A DNA stretch of 64,000 nt from Candidatus Melainabacteria bacterium 17Bon1m (lineage in GTDB: Bacteria > Cyanobacteriota > Vampirovibrionia > Obscuribacterales > Obscuribacteraceae), in NCBI GenBank assembly GCA_032128875.1, contig JAVLKG010000011.1, positions 64,001 to 128,000 of the forward strand. Direction: 5' to 3'. The position numbers and the translations under genes were made by a program. This document shows, in pieces, positions 8,100-18,183 of this stretch; positions within the stretch are counted from its first letter, which is position 1; each line of letters starts with the position of its first letter. A model generated the notes under the pieces. It saw nothing but the letters and a program-made list of their open reading frames with translations, had not been told where the DNA came from and searched no databases.

Positions 8100-10094
8100 C
8101 TAATGGCTGAAAAGCTGTTTCATGCACTTCGGCATTGGAGCTGAAGTGTCGACTTCGAGCGTCTTTTCGTTCTCGTAACGAACTTGGCCGGGCTTGTCCT
8201 TGCCGAGTTTTTTCACATGCTTCACTTGCGTGTAGACAACTCTGACTTTCGACCCGGATGTTCCACCCTTCGATAGTCGGGCTGCTATTTGAGCGGCTTC
8301 CTTGAGGGTGGTCAGAGGTGGTTCTTGTTTTGAAGCCGGGACGCGAATAAGAACATGCGCTCCACCCGATCCCAGAATGTGCAGCCAAATATCATTAGGC
8401 TGTGCAAGTTTGCTCAAAAGCTGATCGTTTTCGTGTCTATTTCGACCGACGTAAATGGTCCAACCGTCTGATGAAGTGACGCTGAGCATGCGAGGTTTTC
8501 CGGACTTCTTCTTGTCCTGCTGATGCTGCTGCTGGCCACCTTTGTTGAGTTGTTGCTGCTGCATTACCGCTGCTGGTTTGCGTCCGATGATGAGCTCGCG
8601 CAGCGCTCTCAACTCCTCATTTGTCTGGGCATTTTCCAGTTGCTTCATTTGCGTTTCTACGACAGCCTGTTTTTTAGCTGCTTCGTCTAAAGCCAATTTG
8701 GCTGCTTTCTGGCGGCTGCGCGATTTTGAGAACTGCCGATAAAACCATTGAGCATTTTGAGATGGCGTCAGATTAGGATTCAATTTGATTTTGATTTTGT
8801 CCGAACCGCCCGTGTACAAATCCTCGACTTCTAGTTCGGTTTGTCCAGGCTCGATAGTGCCAAGATTGGCTAAAACAAGGTCTCCGGAACGTTTCATATC
8901 ATTCAAGTGTTCGTCATTTTTTACGTGTTGTGACGCCACCGAAATTCTAGAATTTAGTTTTTCATCTTCAGAGCGAAGTTCGTTGCGCAGTCTTTCACGC
9001 AGTTGTTGAAACTGCTCGCGCGCCTCAACAGCAGCGTAGTAATCATCTACCAAGTCGTTGACGGCTGGAAAGTGCTTCCACAATCCTTGCGCACTATGCG
9101 CACCATCAGCAGCATCGGCATCGGTATCGGTGGCGCGTAATTCAGGCATCAAAGACAAAACAGTAAACCTGGACAGGTCAGATTTCATTGCCGGTTTAAA
9201 GGTCAGACGCGCTTCGCCAAGCAGTTTTACTACCGACCAAATCTTTTCTTCGCTTGCCGGATCTTTCAGCGCTTCTGCAACCGGACTTTTGGCTTCTGAG
9301 GCAAGGACAAGTTCTTCTGATAAATTTCTGCCAAGACCGGTAAACGTGTGTATCAGCCATTGTTCGACGGTTGTGAACGGCGCCGCCGCCGCTGGTGCAA
9401 CCGAGGTTTTGGTTGATGTGCCGCCACCGCCCGCGCTGGCATTAGGTGATTCTGCAACTGAAGCTTGTGCAATCGATACAGCAGCGGCGGACTGCTCGAA
9501 ATTTTCCTTCAGTGATTTCCATTGACTTGCAAAATCATCACGCGTGAGCTTGAAAATATTCGGACGTTCTTGTCCAGGCGGTCTCTTGTAAGTCAGACCG
9601 GGTGCCACTTCTCGCTGGCGGCTCATCTCTTTGGTGACAATGTGCGAAGCGGCAATTATCTTCTCTTTCGTCTTGTCCCAAAAAATCAAATTGCTGTGGC
9701 GTCCCATAATTTCCGCAGTCAATACTTTGTGAGATGCGGTGCCTACTTCATCGGTGGATGAGAAAACAAAGTCGACGATGCGCTCGCCCGGCAACTGTTC
9801 GATATGAACGAGCGTGGCAGAGGCCAAAGTCTTTCGCAGCAAGAGCGCGAAATTCGAGTTATTTTGCGGCGCCCGGTCGTTTTTTGCACCCTGTGGCGCC
9901 TGTTTTACCAGACAGATGCGCCCGTAGGTGGCGTGCGCTGAAAGTAAGAGGTGAACCATCCCTGATTTTGAACGCAGGGAGATTAAAAGTTCGTCGCGAG
10001 CCAATTGAAAAACTCTGTCAACGCGCCGGTTGAGCAATAGTGGCTTGGCTTCGTCTAGCACAGCCCGAATTGTCAGGGCATCGAACGGTTGCAT
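8100..10094 (-). CDS. rqcH: Rqc2/NFACT (FbpA-like) ribosome quality control protein
   Basis: MQPFDALTIRAV, EIMGRHSNLI, LTPSQNAQWFY, VGRNRHENDQL, WLH...GAHVLI, VVYTQVKHVKK. Confidence 0.9.
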   Translation of the reverse strand: MQPFDALTIRAVLDEAKPLLLNRRVDRVFQLARDELLISLRSKSGMVHLLLSAHATYGRICLVKQAPQGAKNDRAPQNNSNFALLLRKTLASATLVHIEQLPGERIVDFVFSSTDEVGTASHKVLTAEIMGRHSNLIFWDKTKEKIIAASHIVTKEMSRQREVAPGLTYKRPPGQERPNIFKLTRDDFASQWKSLKENFEQSAAAVSIAQASVAESPNASAGGGGTSTKTSVAPAAAAPFTTVEQWLIHTFTGLGRNLSEELVLASEAKSPVAEALKDPASEEKIWSVVKLLGEARLTFKPAMKSDLSRFTVLSLMPELRATDTDADAADGAHSAQGLWKHFPAVNDLVDDYYAAVEAREQFQQLRERLRNELRSEDEKLNSRISVASQHVKNDEHLNDMKRSGDLVLANLGTIEPGQTELEVEDLYTGGSDKIKIKLNPNLTPSQNAQWFYRQFSKSRSRQKAAKLALDEAAKKQAVVETQMKQLENAQTNEELRALRELIIGRKPAAVMQQQQLNKGGQQQHQQDKKKSGKPRMLSVTSSDGWTIYVGRNRHENDQLLSKLAQPNDIWLHILGSGGAHVLIRVPASKQEPPLTTLKEAAQIAARLSKGGTSGSKVRVVYTQVKHVKKLGKDKPGQVRYENEKTLEVDTSAPMPKCMKQLFSH

Positions 10095-10232
10095 GGCTCT
10101 TCGTGTTTAGGTTTAATAGGGGCTCAACTTATAGAGGCTAATCTAGCAAAAAAGTGAAGCGGTATTATGAATCCATAAGGCTTCACTGTTTTCAAAGACT
10201 TCGGGCGATACGACTGACAAAGAGGGCTAACC

Positions 10233-10901
10233 ATGCCGGCCAGTAAAAGCAAACAGTCTTTGCCGAAAGAATCGGATCAAACTGATCCTGATTCCGAGCC
10301 TGTTGAGGGCGGCAAGGTGCCGCATAAGGTTAATCCAGGCAATTTGTTTGTGCTCACGGGACCTTCAGGGGTGGGCAAAAACACCATCATTGACCGTGTG
10401 CTGGCTGAAGCTGGCGGTATTGTCGAGTCTGTGTCTGTAACCACCCGAAAGCAGCGCGAGAGCGAGCTTGACGGTGTGGACTACTTCTTCACTGATCGCG
10501 AAAGTTTTGAAAAGATGAAGAAGCAAAATCATTTTATTGAACACGCTGAGTTCGCCGGCAATTATTACGGAACACCCAGAAATTGGGTGGAGAACCGCAT
10601 CAGGGAAGGTTTGGACGTGGTTCTTGTCATTGAGGTGCAGGGTGCAAAGCAGGTCAAGAAACAGTTTCCCTCTTCGATTCTGATTTTCCTCGCGCCACCA
10701 TGCATGGACGAACTTGAAAAGCGCCTGCGTTCACGAGCCACTGAGCCTGAAGACGTGATAGCCATGCGTCTTGATAAGGCTGGGCAGGAGATGAAGGAAC
10801 GCGATGTGTTCCACTATGAAGTTGTTAACGAGGATGTCGACCAAGCTGTCAACAATGTGCTCTCGATCGTGTATGCTGAACGTTGTCGCATAAAACCTTA
10901 G
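10233..10901 (+). CDS. gmk: Guanylate kinase
   Basis: GPSGVGK P-loop, SVTTR, DGVDYFF, YYGTP, IEVQGA. Confidence 0.97.
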   Translation: MPASKSKQSLPKESDQTDPDSEPVEGGKVPHKVNPGNLFVLTGPSGVGKNTIIDRVLAEAGGIVESVSVTTRKQRESELDGVDYFFTDRESFEKMKKQNHFIEHAEFAGNYYGTPRNWVENRIREGLDVVLVIEVQGAKQVKKQFPSSILIFLAPPCMDELEKRLRSRATEPEDVIAMRLDKAGQEMKERDVFHYEVVNEDVDQAVNNVLSIVYAERCRIKP

Positions 10902-10978
10902 CTGGTGCCCCAACTTGGTGCCCGGATAAGGGACCCAAAACCATGGGTCGAAAACCGTAAAACATAGACAGGGACCTA

Positions 10979-11191
10979 ATGAGCACAACCAGAATCCTTG
11001 ACCAGTTGATGGATAAGCATGGCAACCGCTACGAGCTAGTGCTGAAAGTTGCTCAGCGCGCCAAAGTCATCAAGACCGAAACTCGCGATCAGCACAAAGC
11101 CACCAACGCCGTAATTCAGGCCTTGCAGACGGTCGCCGCCGAAGATGACGGCACCATCTTGATCTCCCCAGGCGGTTACCAGATTTATTGA
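10979..11191 (+). CDS. rpoZ: RNA polymerase omega subunit
   Basis: NRYELVLKVAQRAK motif; canonical position after gmk. Confidence 0.85.
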   Translation: MSTTRILDQLMDKHGNRYELVLKVAQRAKVIKTETRDQHKATNAVIQALQTVAAEDDGTILISPGGYQIY

Positions 11192-11280
11192 TCTGGAGTT
11201 CTGCAGCGATGCGGGGGCGATGCCATGCATCGCCTGGCTCGAAACTGCCAAATTTGAATTTAGAGAATCAATTAACCAAG

Positions 11281-11313
11281 ACTCCTGCGAATTCTTAGCG
11301 CAGGAGTTTTTTT
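11281..11313 (+). terminator. Intrinsic terminator after gmk-rpoZ
   Basis: ACTCCTGCG-n9-CGCAGGAGT followed by a T tract. Confidence 0.85.
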
Positions 11314-11538
11314 GTACGCCGCATAGCTAAATGGCTCTAACCTGGATGCCATGCCTCGCCCCCAGAAACACCTATTAATCTTGACTTGGATTGTCTTCAG
11401 TGGGATTCTTCCCGTTGCCAATGAGACCGGGCGGTCTTAAGCTTTGCTCAAAAGGGAAATCAGGCCTTTTCTTCAAGGGGCAAATCGACCAGGTCTGAGT
11501 ATCAGTAGAAACCGGGGAAATTCGAGAACCATTACCCA

Positions 11539-11748
11539 ATGGACATCTGGGCAATAATCCTACTTTTCGCGTTCATGGTCGGCATTATGGGCTGGGGCAT
11601 GAACCTGTTCGTCAACGGGATTCTATGGTACTGCGACTGGCGCGAGGGTACCGAGATCAACTGGGGAATGGAGACTTTCTTCACTCTCGCCATGCCCTTC
11701 ACCTGGCTGTACACGATTTTTCTTATTGTCGTTCTCTACATTCGCTAA
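11539..11748 (+). CDS. Small two-helix membrane protein, overlapping the dusB 3' end antisense
   Basis: 69 aa with two clean hydrophobic segments separated by a polar loop; no clear RBS. Confidence 0.55.
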   Translation: MDIWAIILLFAFMVGIMGWGMNLFVNGILWYCDWREGTEINWGMETFFTLAMPFTWLYTIFLIVVLYIR

Positions 11749-12738
11749 GAAGCGCTCTTTGCCTTCCTTGCCGCCTACAAGCTCGGACAGCTCAGCGAGT
11801 ATGTCTGCGGCATCCTGCGCGCAACCGATCTGCGTGAGACGCGCTCTGAATGGCGCTGCGCCTGTAATTCCTTTGGTGTAGTGCGTCATGTGGCGGCGTG
11901 ATTCGTTGGACCCGATACGCGGACCTTTGTAGCGTGTGAGCCAGACGCAGTGCAGGTATGCAAGGACCAGTCGGTCAACTTCATCGGGGGCTGGCAAAAG
12001 TTCGCCTTCCTCAATCAGGTGAGTGATTCTTGGAATAAGCCACGGATTACCCAATGTTCCGCGCGCTACAGCTACTCCATCACAGCCAGTGATCTCGAGA
12101 AGTTTTACTGCATCTTCTGGCTCAAAAACATCGCCATTGCCGAAGACCGGGATGCTGAGCGCGGCTTTAACTTTCGCGATAAAACTCCAGTCTGCTTTGC
12201 CTGAGTAAAGTTGTTGGCGAGTGCGCCCATGAACAGTCACTGCAGATGCTCCAGCCCGCTCGACCATTGCACCGAATTCAACCGCGTTGCGTGAGTTGTC
12301 GTCCCACCCCAAGCGGAATTTGACGGTGACTGGAATGGAAACCGCGTTTTTCACCGAGGTGATAATGTCGCGAGCAAGCTCAGGCTCTCGCATTAGCGCG
12401 CAGCCGTCTTTACCTTTTGTAATCTTGGGGACTGGGCATCCCATATTGATGTCCACGAAGTCAGCGCCTTTCTTCTCCGCCATCTGTGCGGCTCGCGCCA
12501 TGACGTCAGGCTCGTGTCCGAATAATTGGATACCGATGGGATGCTCCGTCGGCGACAGGTCCATAATTCGACACTCGGGGCGGTTCATCAGCGCGCGGCT
12601 TGATACCATCTCCGTAGACAGCAGGCAATTCGGGTCGACCTGCCTTACGATGTCGCGAAAAACTAGGTCCGTGACCCCCGCCATCGGTGGCACGTACACG
12701 CGGCTTTTCAAAGTAATAGAGCCGATTTGAATAGGCAT
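11623..12738 (-). CDS. dusB: tRNA-dihydrouridine synthase
   Basis: PMAGVTD, DINMGCPVPK, TVKFRLGW, VHGRT, GNGDV, ARGTLGNPW. Confidence 0.95.
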   Translation of the reverse strand: MPIQIGSITLKSRVYVPPMAGVTDLVFRDIVRQVDPNCLLSTEMVSSRALMNRPECRIMDLSPTEHPIGIQLFGHEPDVMARAAQMAEKKGADFVDINMGCPVPKITKGKDGCALMREPELARDIITSVKNAVSIPVTVKFRLGWDDNSRNAVEFGAMVERAGASAVTVHGRTRQQLYSGKADWSFIAKVKAALSIPVFGNGDVFEPEDAVKLLEITGCDGVAVARGTLGNPWLIPRITHLIEEGELLPAPDEVDRLVLAYLHCVWLTRYKGPRIGSNESRRHMTHYTKGITGAAPFRARLTQIGCAQDAADILAELSELVGGKEGKERFLANVENDNKKNRVQPGEGHGESEESLHSPVDLGTLAPVAVP

Positions 12739-12768
12739 ATAGAGAGTTTACAGGACACGACCGGTGTG

Positions 12769-13971
12769 ATGTCAAATAGTAAGAAGGATTTCGATTTTGG
12801 TGAACTTAAAGCTGTTCTCGAAAACGCTTATGACATCGGGGAAATTAAGCACTTAGAAGCGATTTCTTGTGATGAAGAAGAATTACTTACGGCGTCTGGA
12901 GCCTTTCTGAGCCGTTCGGAAGTTACAGGAAAAACTCAATCTGCAACCAGTTTCCGTGTCTTAGCGGACCAAGGCGAATATTTTCTCAAGCGGGTAGGCG
13001 ATTGGATTAGTGACGAAAGACTTATCGCTATCGCCGATTTTATTCGATGGACAGAGGCTAGAAGCTATGTGTTATCGCCTTCGCTGAAGACTTCTGCTTC
13101 AGGTTCTACATACGTCCAAGTAAGCGGTGACCGCTTTCAACTCTTCGAGTTTCTACCTCAGAAGAAGAGGCAAATATGGATGCGTGCTCATCTTTCAGAA
13201 GATGAATGCGCTCTGGCTGGAGATTTACTGGGGAGAATGCACCTTGCATCTGCTGAATATTTAAGCGAAAACGAAGCGCGAAAAGTAGCTCATTCTAATG
13301 CCATAGATTGGAATGCGTGCTGCGAAGCGCTGTTTGAGCGAATTAAAAGCGAAGGCGCATCCGCACATCCGGTTTTGTTGAATGTTGCAAAAAACGAGGA
13401 GTATCTCAAAGCCAAGTTCGTGAGCGCAATTCAGCTTATGAGTTCTCAGGGTAAAAACGTGGTCCCGTTGCTCGTGCATGGCGACTTCCATCCAGGAAAT
13501 GTACTGTTTCTCGAGAACAAAACCGACTCCAGTTCCGTTCGGCTTGTCGACTTTGATTATCTCCGCCTCGACCATCCCTTTTTTGATGTTGGATATGCAT
13601 TTCTTATGTTTGCCCAGGTGCTGTCGTTTGGGAAGTCGCAGCCCACGACGGATACGCCGGTAGACTGGCGTTTCGGGAAAGCTTTTCTGCGCGGTTATTT
13701 CAGAGCTTTGCAGAAGAATCCGGCTGAAAAATTAGAATTCCAAATCCGAAAAGCTGAAATCATGGCTGCTTGCCTTCATCCGAGAACATTCCTGCAATAT
13801 ACGACGTTTGCATGTTTTCTAATATTGGAGTGGGCTATAGAAAAACTGATTAACGGAACAACTCATTTTTCCGCAATCTATTTGGATGTCATTGAAACTG
13901 TCGAAAAGCTCGTCTGCTACGAACTTGGTGACCCGGTGGTGAGCAACTGGATAGAAGCGATTATCCAATAG
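12769..13971 (+). CDS. APH/choline-kinase-like phosphotransferase (homoserine kinase type II-like fold)
   Basis: YFLKR, LGRMHLAS, LVHGDFHPGNVLF, VDFD. Start is GTG 12766 or ATG 12769. Confidence 0.8.
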   Translation: MSNSKKDFDFGELKAVLENAYDIGEIKHLEAISCDEEELLTASGAFLSRSEVTGKTQSATSFRVLADQGEYFLKRVGDWISDERLIAIADFIRWTEARSYVLSPSLKTSASGSTYVQVSGDRFQLFEFLPQKKRQIWMRAHLSEDECALAGDLLGRMHLASAEYLSENEARKVAHSNAIDWNACCEALFERIKSEGASAHPVLLNVAKNEEYLKAKFVSAIQLMSSQGKNVVPLLVHGDFHPGNVLFLENKTDSSSVRLVDFDYLRLDHPFFDVGYAFLMFAQVLSFGKSQPTTDTPVDWRFGKAFLRGYFRALQKNPAEKLEFQIRKAEIMAACLHPRTFLQYTTFACFLILEWAIEKLINGTTHFSAIYLDVIETVEKLVCYELGDPVVSNWIEAIIQ

Positions 13972-14039
13972 TGTTTTCATGTATATTTGGCAGTTGCGTG
14001 GGAGCATTATTGGAAACGTCTCGCGAAAGACAAAAACGA

Positions 14040-14684
14040 ATGGCAAAAAACTTCACTGGTATTCAAAAGAGTTTTTCACTCCTAGCCCTACTTGCATCAA
14101 CTTGCGTGCTTCCGGCATGCGCCGTCGATTTCATCATTAGCGGAAGAATTACCGATCCTGGCGCGCATCCTGTGAGCGGCGCAAAGGTTGTCGTCTTTGA
14201 TGACGAAGCGACTTGGTCGGCGTCTGCCGTTTCGGATGCTGATGGCAAGTTCTCCGTCAAACATGAGGAATGCCAATCGTGCTTCGTTGAGATCACTCCA
14301 CGTCATAAGGGTGAGCTTGCGGCGGCACTCATTGAAGAAGTAAACGGAAAACAAAACCGGCGCTTTCTCATTCAGTTGCATCACGGTTTCGTGGTGCGAG
14401 GAAATGTTGTGGACAAAGATGGAAGACCACTGAAAGACATCGTCGTTAAGATTTCCTCTGCAGACCCAAGCGACGATTCGTCTGCTCGAATTCATGGCGG
14501 TGGTGCTGCAGTGACTTCAAAGAATGGCGACTATGAGCTTTGTTTGACGCCGGGGCAAAAGCAACTCACCATCATTAATGAGAAGTACCCGACCCTTGTG
14601 AAACACCTTGTCCAAAAGTTTCAAGTCACGTCTGACGGAGCATTGGAAAACATTGTTCTGCCGGAAAAACACCGCACCAATTAG
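14040..14684 (+). CDS. Secreted carboxypeptidase-regulatory-like (beta-sandwich) domain protein
   Basis: Signal peptide; two repeats of the ISGRITD..G.PV.GAKV...SDADGKF pattern. Confidence 0.75.
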   Translation: MAKNFTGIQKSFSLLALLASTCVLPACAVDFIISGRITDPGAHPVSGAKVVVFDDEATWSASAVSDADGKFSVKHEECQSCFVEITPRHKGELAAALIEEVNGKQNRRFLIQLHHGFVVRGNVVDKDGRPLKDIVVKISSADPSDDSSARIHGGGAAVTSKNGDYELCLTPGQKQLTIINEKYPTLVKHLVQKFQVTSDGALENIVLPEKHRTN

Positions 14685-14731
14685 TCAAAAACTTGCAGAA
14701 TCTGCGAACGTTATAGTTAAAGGAACGAAAA

Positions 14732-16177
14732 ATGCGCACCGCCTTCTTTGATTGCCCCTTCGGAGCCGCAGGAGACATGCTGCTCGGTGCGCTTGTTGAT
14801 GCCGGGTTGGACGTTGAAGCGTGGAAGGCTGAGCTTGAGAAAATCGATTTGCCGAGTGGAAGTTTTTCTGTTCGTCCTGAAAAACTGTTGCGCTGCGGTG
14901 TTCATTCCACGAAACTGCATGTGTTTCTGAGTGCCGACGCGGCGCATGAATATGATCATAAGCATGATCTCGCGCACGAGCACCATAACCATGATCACGG
15001 ACATGAGCACAGTGATGATCATGATCATAGTCACGGGCACGACCATAGTCACGGGCACGACCATAGTCATGGGCACGACCATAGTCATGGATATGATCGC
15101 GGGCACCATCACGACCACGAACAACACCTTCACCGCCATGATCATCCGCACCGCGGATTATCTGAAATTCTCAGAATTATTGAGAACTCGTCCATTCGAC
15201 CTGCTGCAAAAAAGCTCGCTGCAGATATCTTTACTCGACTGGGAATTGCTGAAGCGAAAGTTCATGGAGTTACACCAGAAGAGGTTCACTTCCATGAGGT
15301 CGGCGCTGTTGATGCAATCGTTGATATCGTCGGATTCGCCATCGGTTATGACTTGATGGCGATTGAACGCAGCATTGTGTCTGCTTTGCCGGTCGGAGGT
15401 GGAACCATCAGTAGCATGCACGGTGAATTTCCCGTCCCTGGTCCGGCGACCTTGGAGCTTCTTCGTGAGGCTCGCGCGCCTCTTGCTCAGACCTCGATTG
15501 ACTATGAATGCTTGACTCCCACGGGCGCTGCAATCTTAACGACCATTGCCGAGCGTTTTGGATCTCAGCCAGATATGACTGCTATTGATGCCATCGGATA
15601 TGGTGCGGGTTCACTAAACCCTGCTGGGCATCCAAATGTATGCCGCGTTGTTATTGGTCAATCAGTGCCTAAGAAGGGCAGCGAGAAAAACGCCCCATCA
15701 TCGCGCTATCGCAGCGAACTGATCGCTGTTGTTGAGTGTAATTTTGACGACCTATCTCCTCAAGTAATCAGCTATACATCTGAAAAATTGCTAGCTGAAG
15801 GCGCTCTCGATGTATTTGTTACGCCTTGCACAATGAAAAAGGGGCGTTCCGGTCATTTGCTATCTGTGCTTTGCAAAATGGAAGACGAACTCAGAGTCAA
15901 AGAAATTTTGCTTGCCGAAACCTCCACACTTGGTGTTCGCAGCAGCGTGACAGAACGTTTGATTGCCGAGCGCGAGTTGAAGAAAATTGACATCAAATCC
16001 GGTGAATCAGAGATGCAATCGGTTAGAGTCAAAATTGGCAAAGACCTTGACGGAAACGTTATAAACGTCCAGCCTGAATTCGAAGACTGTGCGTCAGTTG
16101 CCCGCGCGTCCGGCGCTCCTCTAAAAGAAGTTATCAGCACTGTCGTGTCAAAAGCTCGCAATGGTCGCGAGACTTAA
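14732..16177 (+). CDS. larC: Nickel-pincer cofactor nickel insertase LarC (C1 and C2 fused)
   Basis: FFDCPFGAAGDMLLGAL, His-rich tract, VHFHEVGAVDAIVDIVG, PVPGPATL, TPTGAAIL, ECNFDD, MKKGRSG, ETSTLGVR, PEFEDC. Confidence 0.96.
   Translation: MRTAFFDCPFGAAGDMLLGALVDAGLDVEAWKAELEKIDLPSGSFSVRPEKLLRCGVHSTKLHVFLSADAAHEYDHKHDLAHEHHNHDHGHEHSDDHDHSHGHDHSHGHDHSHGHDHSHGYDRGHHHDHEQHLHRHDHPHRGLSEILRIIENSSIRPAAKKLAADIFTRLGIAEAKVHGVTPEEVHFHEVGAVDAIVDIVGFAIGYDLMAIERSIVSALPVGGGTISSMHGEFPVPGPATLELLREARAPLAQTSIDYECLTPTGAAILTTIAERFGSQPDMTAIDAIGYGAGSLNPAGHPNVCRVVIGQSVPKKGSEKNAPSSRYRSELIAVVECNFDDLSPQVISYTSEKLLAEGALDVFVTPCTMKKGRSGHLLSVLCKMEDELRVKEILLAETSTLGVRSSVTERLIAERELKKIDIKSGESEMQSVRVKIGKDLDGNVINVQPEFEDCASVARASGAPLKEVISTVVSKARNGRET
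15026..15090 (+). repeat. 18-bp tandem repeat encoding (HSHGHD)n inside larC
   Basis: CATAGTCA(C/T)GGGCACGAC, three full copies plus a partial copy. Confidence 0.9.
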
Positions 16178-16186
16178 CTGGTGGCG

Positions 16187-17986
16187 TTATTGGACTAACT
16201 GTCCTTCTTTGTCGAACTGAACCTCATTCAGCTTCGAGCCGCTAAATTGTTCTATCGGTTTGCCTAAGTCCTTCCGTTTTAAAGGTTTTTGCTGTTCGGC
16301 AGGCGGAGGCTCCGAGCCCATATTTATTGCGGGTGGTGGTTCGTTCAGACGATAGTGCAATTGACGCGGTGGCGGCGGAACCGTGTCCATGAGGATAATG
16401 TTTTCCTCACTGCTCTTCGGTTTGGTTGGAGCTTGAAAGGCATCTTTCATTGAAATGGCATCATCGGTTTGGAAGGAGATAATGTCGATTTTAATTTTGC
16501 CGAAAGAGTTGGCGATCTTAATAGTGTCGTCATCGGAAATCTTCAAATGTCCGGCATCAACAAACACTTCATCCCACGTCGGGTCGATTGAAATCCATCG
16601 TTTGCCGTCATAAATTTCATTCCAAACATGCCAATACCACAGCGGTTGCGGCGACTGCGTGTACATTAACCCCGTGACTTCACGCGAAGGAACCCCCGCC
16701 GCGCGAGCGAGCGCATTGAATAGAAGTGCATGCTCCGTGCAGTCTCCTGCTTTGCGTTCTAAAACCTCCAAGGCTGTTGTCGAATTTCTGTTTACGTCTT
16801 TGCCGATTAGCTTGTAAACCCAGTCTTGAATGCACCGAGCCTTTTCCAATGGAGCCGTTTTACCCGCAGTAATCTCTTCTGCTTTTGCCTTAATCAGCTC
16901 ATCATCCGACTGCACCGTTGGCGTTGCTTTTAGATATTTCGCCAATTGTTCTTTCGTAATTGAATCTTTGTCGGCGGTCTGGAAGTCACGATTGACCATC
17001 AAAGTCGTGCCGCTATCGCCCTTTCCATCGGATGTTTGCAATTGACGCTGGGAATTCGGGAGGTTGTATTTTATTCCGGAGATTTTGAGCAAAACTTGCT
17101 TTAGTTTTCTCGGATCACCCATGCGAACATTCGCCGGCACAGACGATGCCTCGATAAGGTCTACGCCCACGGTGTCCAGTTTTCGCGCTGTTGACTCCTC
17201 TTCCAATCGGAAAGTAATCGGACCAATGTTGCCGCGTATCAGTCGACCGTTGTTATCGCAATCATATTGCGTGACTTCGTCATCTCTGTCATCGCGCTGC
17301 TCCAATGAGTGAATAGTCGTCGGAACACCGTTGAGGACGAGGTCTTTCCTGGCAATGTATTTGTAGTGAGAAGTGTGCTCGTTAAAATCGCCGCCGTTGA
17401 AATCAGACGATTTGTAGTCGAATTCGTCGCCGGCTTTAGGTGAAGAGCGCAGCCAGTCGCCGAGCTGTTTGTCATTGTCGAGGCTTGTTTTAGGCGGCTC
17501 TATGGTGATTGACTTCGCGCTCTTGCCGCCCGAACTTGTTTCTAAATACTTGTCGCCCTGCTTCATTACCGCACTGGTATAAGTGGCGCCGTCGTGCTCG
17601 TTGACTTGCTCTACGCTCGTCAATTCTCCGTTTCCATCCAGATTGAAAAGACGAGTAAGCGTGCTTTTGTCGATGAACGGTTTGCCGCGCTTGGTCACGT
17701 TGAAGAGGGTTTCCATCTTTTGCTCGAAGAAGTCGGATTCTCCACGCTTGATGATTTTGCTGGTGCCAATCAGGTATCCAACTTTCTTGCCTTCCAGATA
17801 AAGTCCGCACGCAAAACTCCCCTGTGCGTTCTCTGCGAACTTCCGCAGCGGGTTCTCGACTGGAATTGCTGGTTGACCAGACAGTGTTTCGCCGTCGATA
17901 TTGGGCTTTGGCGGCTCGCCTTTGGAGCAGGATGTGAGGATGAGCAAGAGTCCGCCCAGAGCGCCAGCAGATAAAACTGTTTTCAT
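16187..17986 (-). CDS. Lipoprotein with transglutaminase-like domain
   Basis: Lipobox-like LILTSC; triad motifs GDCTEHA, WHVWNE, IDPTW. Start is ATG 17986 or TTG 18031. Confidence 0.85.
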   Translation of the reverse strand: MKTVLSAGALGGLLLILTSCSKGEPPKPNIDGETLSGQPAIPVENPLRKFAENAQGSFACGLYLEGKKVGYLIGTSKIIKRGESDFFEQKMETLFNVTKRGKPFIDKSTLTRLFNLDGNGELTSVEQVNEHDGATYTSAVMKQGDKYLETSSGGKSAKSITIEPPKTSLDNDKQLGDWLRSSPKAGDEFDYKSSDFNGGDFNEHTSHYKYIARKDLVLNGVPTTIHSLEQRDDRDDEVTQYDCDNNGRLIRGNIGPITFRLEEESTARKLDTVGVDLIEASSVPANVRMGDPRKLKQVLLKISGIKYNLPNSQRQLQTSDGKGDSGTTLMVNRDFQTADKDSITKEQLAKYLKATPTVQSDDELIKAKAEEITAGKTAPLEKARCIQDWVYKLIGKDVNRNSTTALEVLERKAGDCTEHALLFNALARAAGVPSREVTGLMYTQSPQPLWYWHVWNEIYDGKRWISIDPTWDEVFVDAGHLKISDDDTIKIANSFGKIKIDIISFQTDDAISMKDAFQAPTKPKSSEENIILMDTVPPPPRQLHYRLNEPPPAINMGSEPPPAEQQKPLKRKDLGKPIEQFSGSKLNEVQFDKEGQLVQ

Positions 17987-18183
17987 GCCGCTGCCGCGCC
18001 GAACCAATTTGAATTCCTCTCCCTTTTGCAAACGTCTACTCTGGCTGGTTTTTCAACAAAAAACGGAAAAGCTGGCCTTTATTAGTCGCCCATCTTAACC
18101 CGCTGACAGTCATCAATATATGTCTGAAAACCTACTGGACGTGGAATTAATGAAACAGTTATTGGCTCAGGTTTTTACTACGA

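Noticed and set aside
14717-15356. Met/Val- and Thr/Ile-rich repetitive ORFs (14717-15151 minus, 14931-15356 plus)
   Set aside because: Alternative frames of the larC His repeat.
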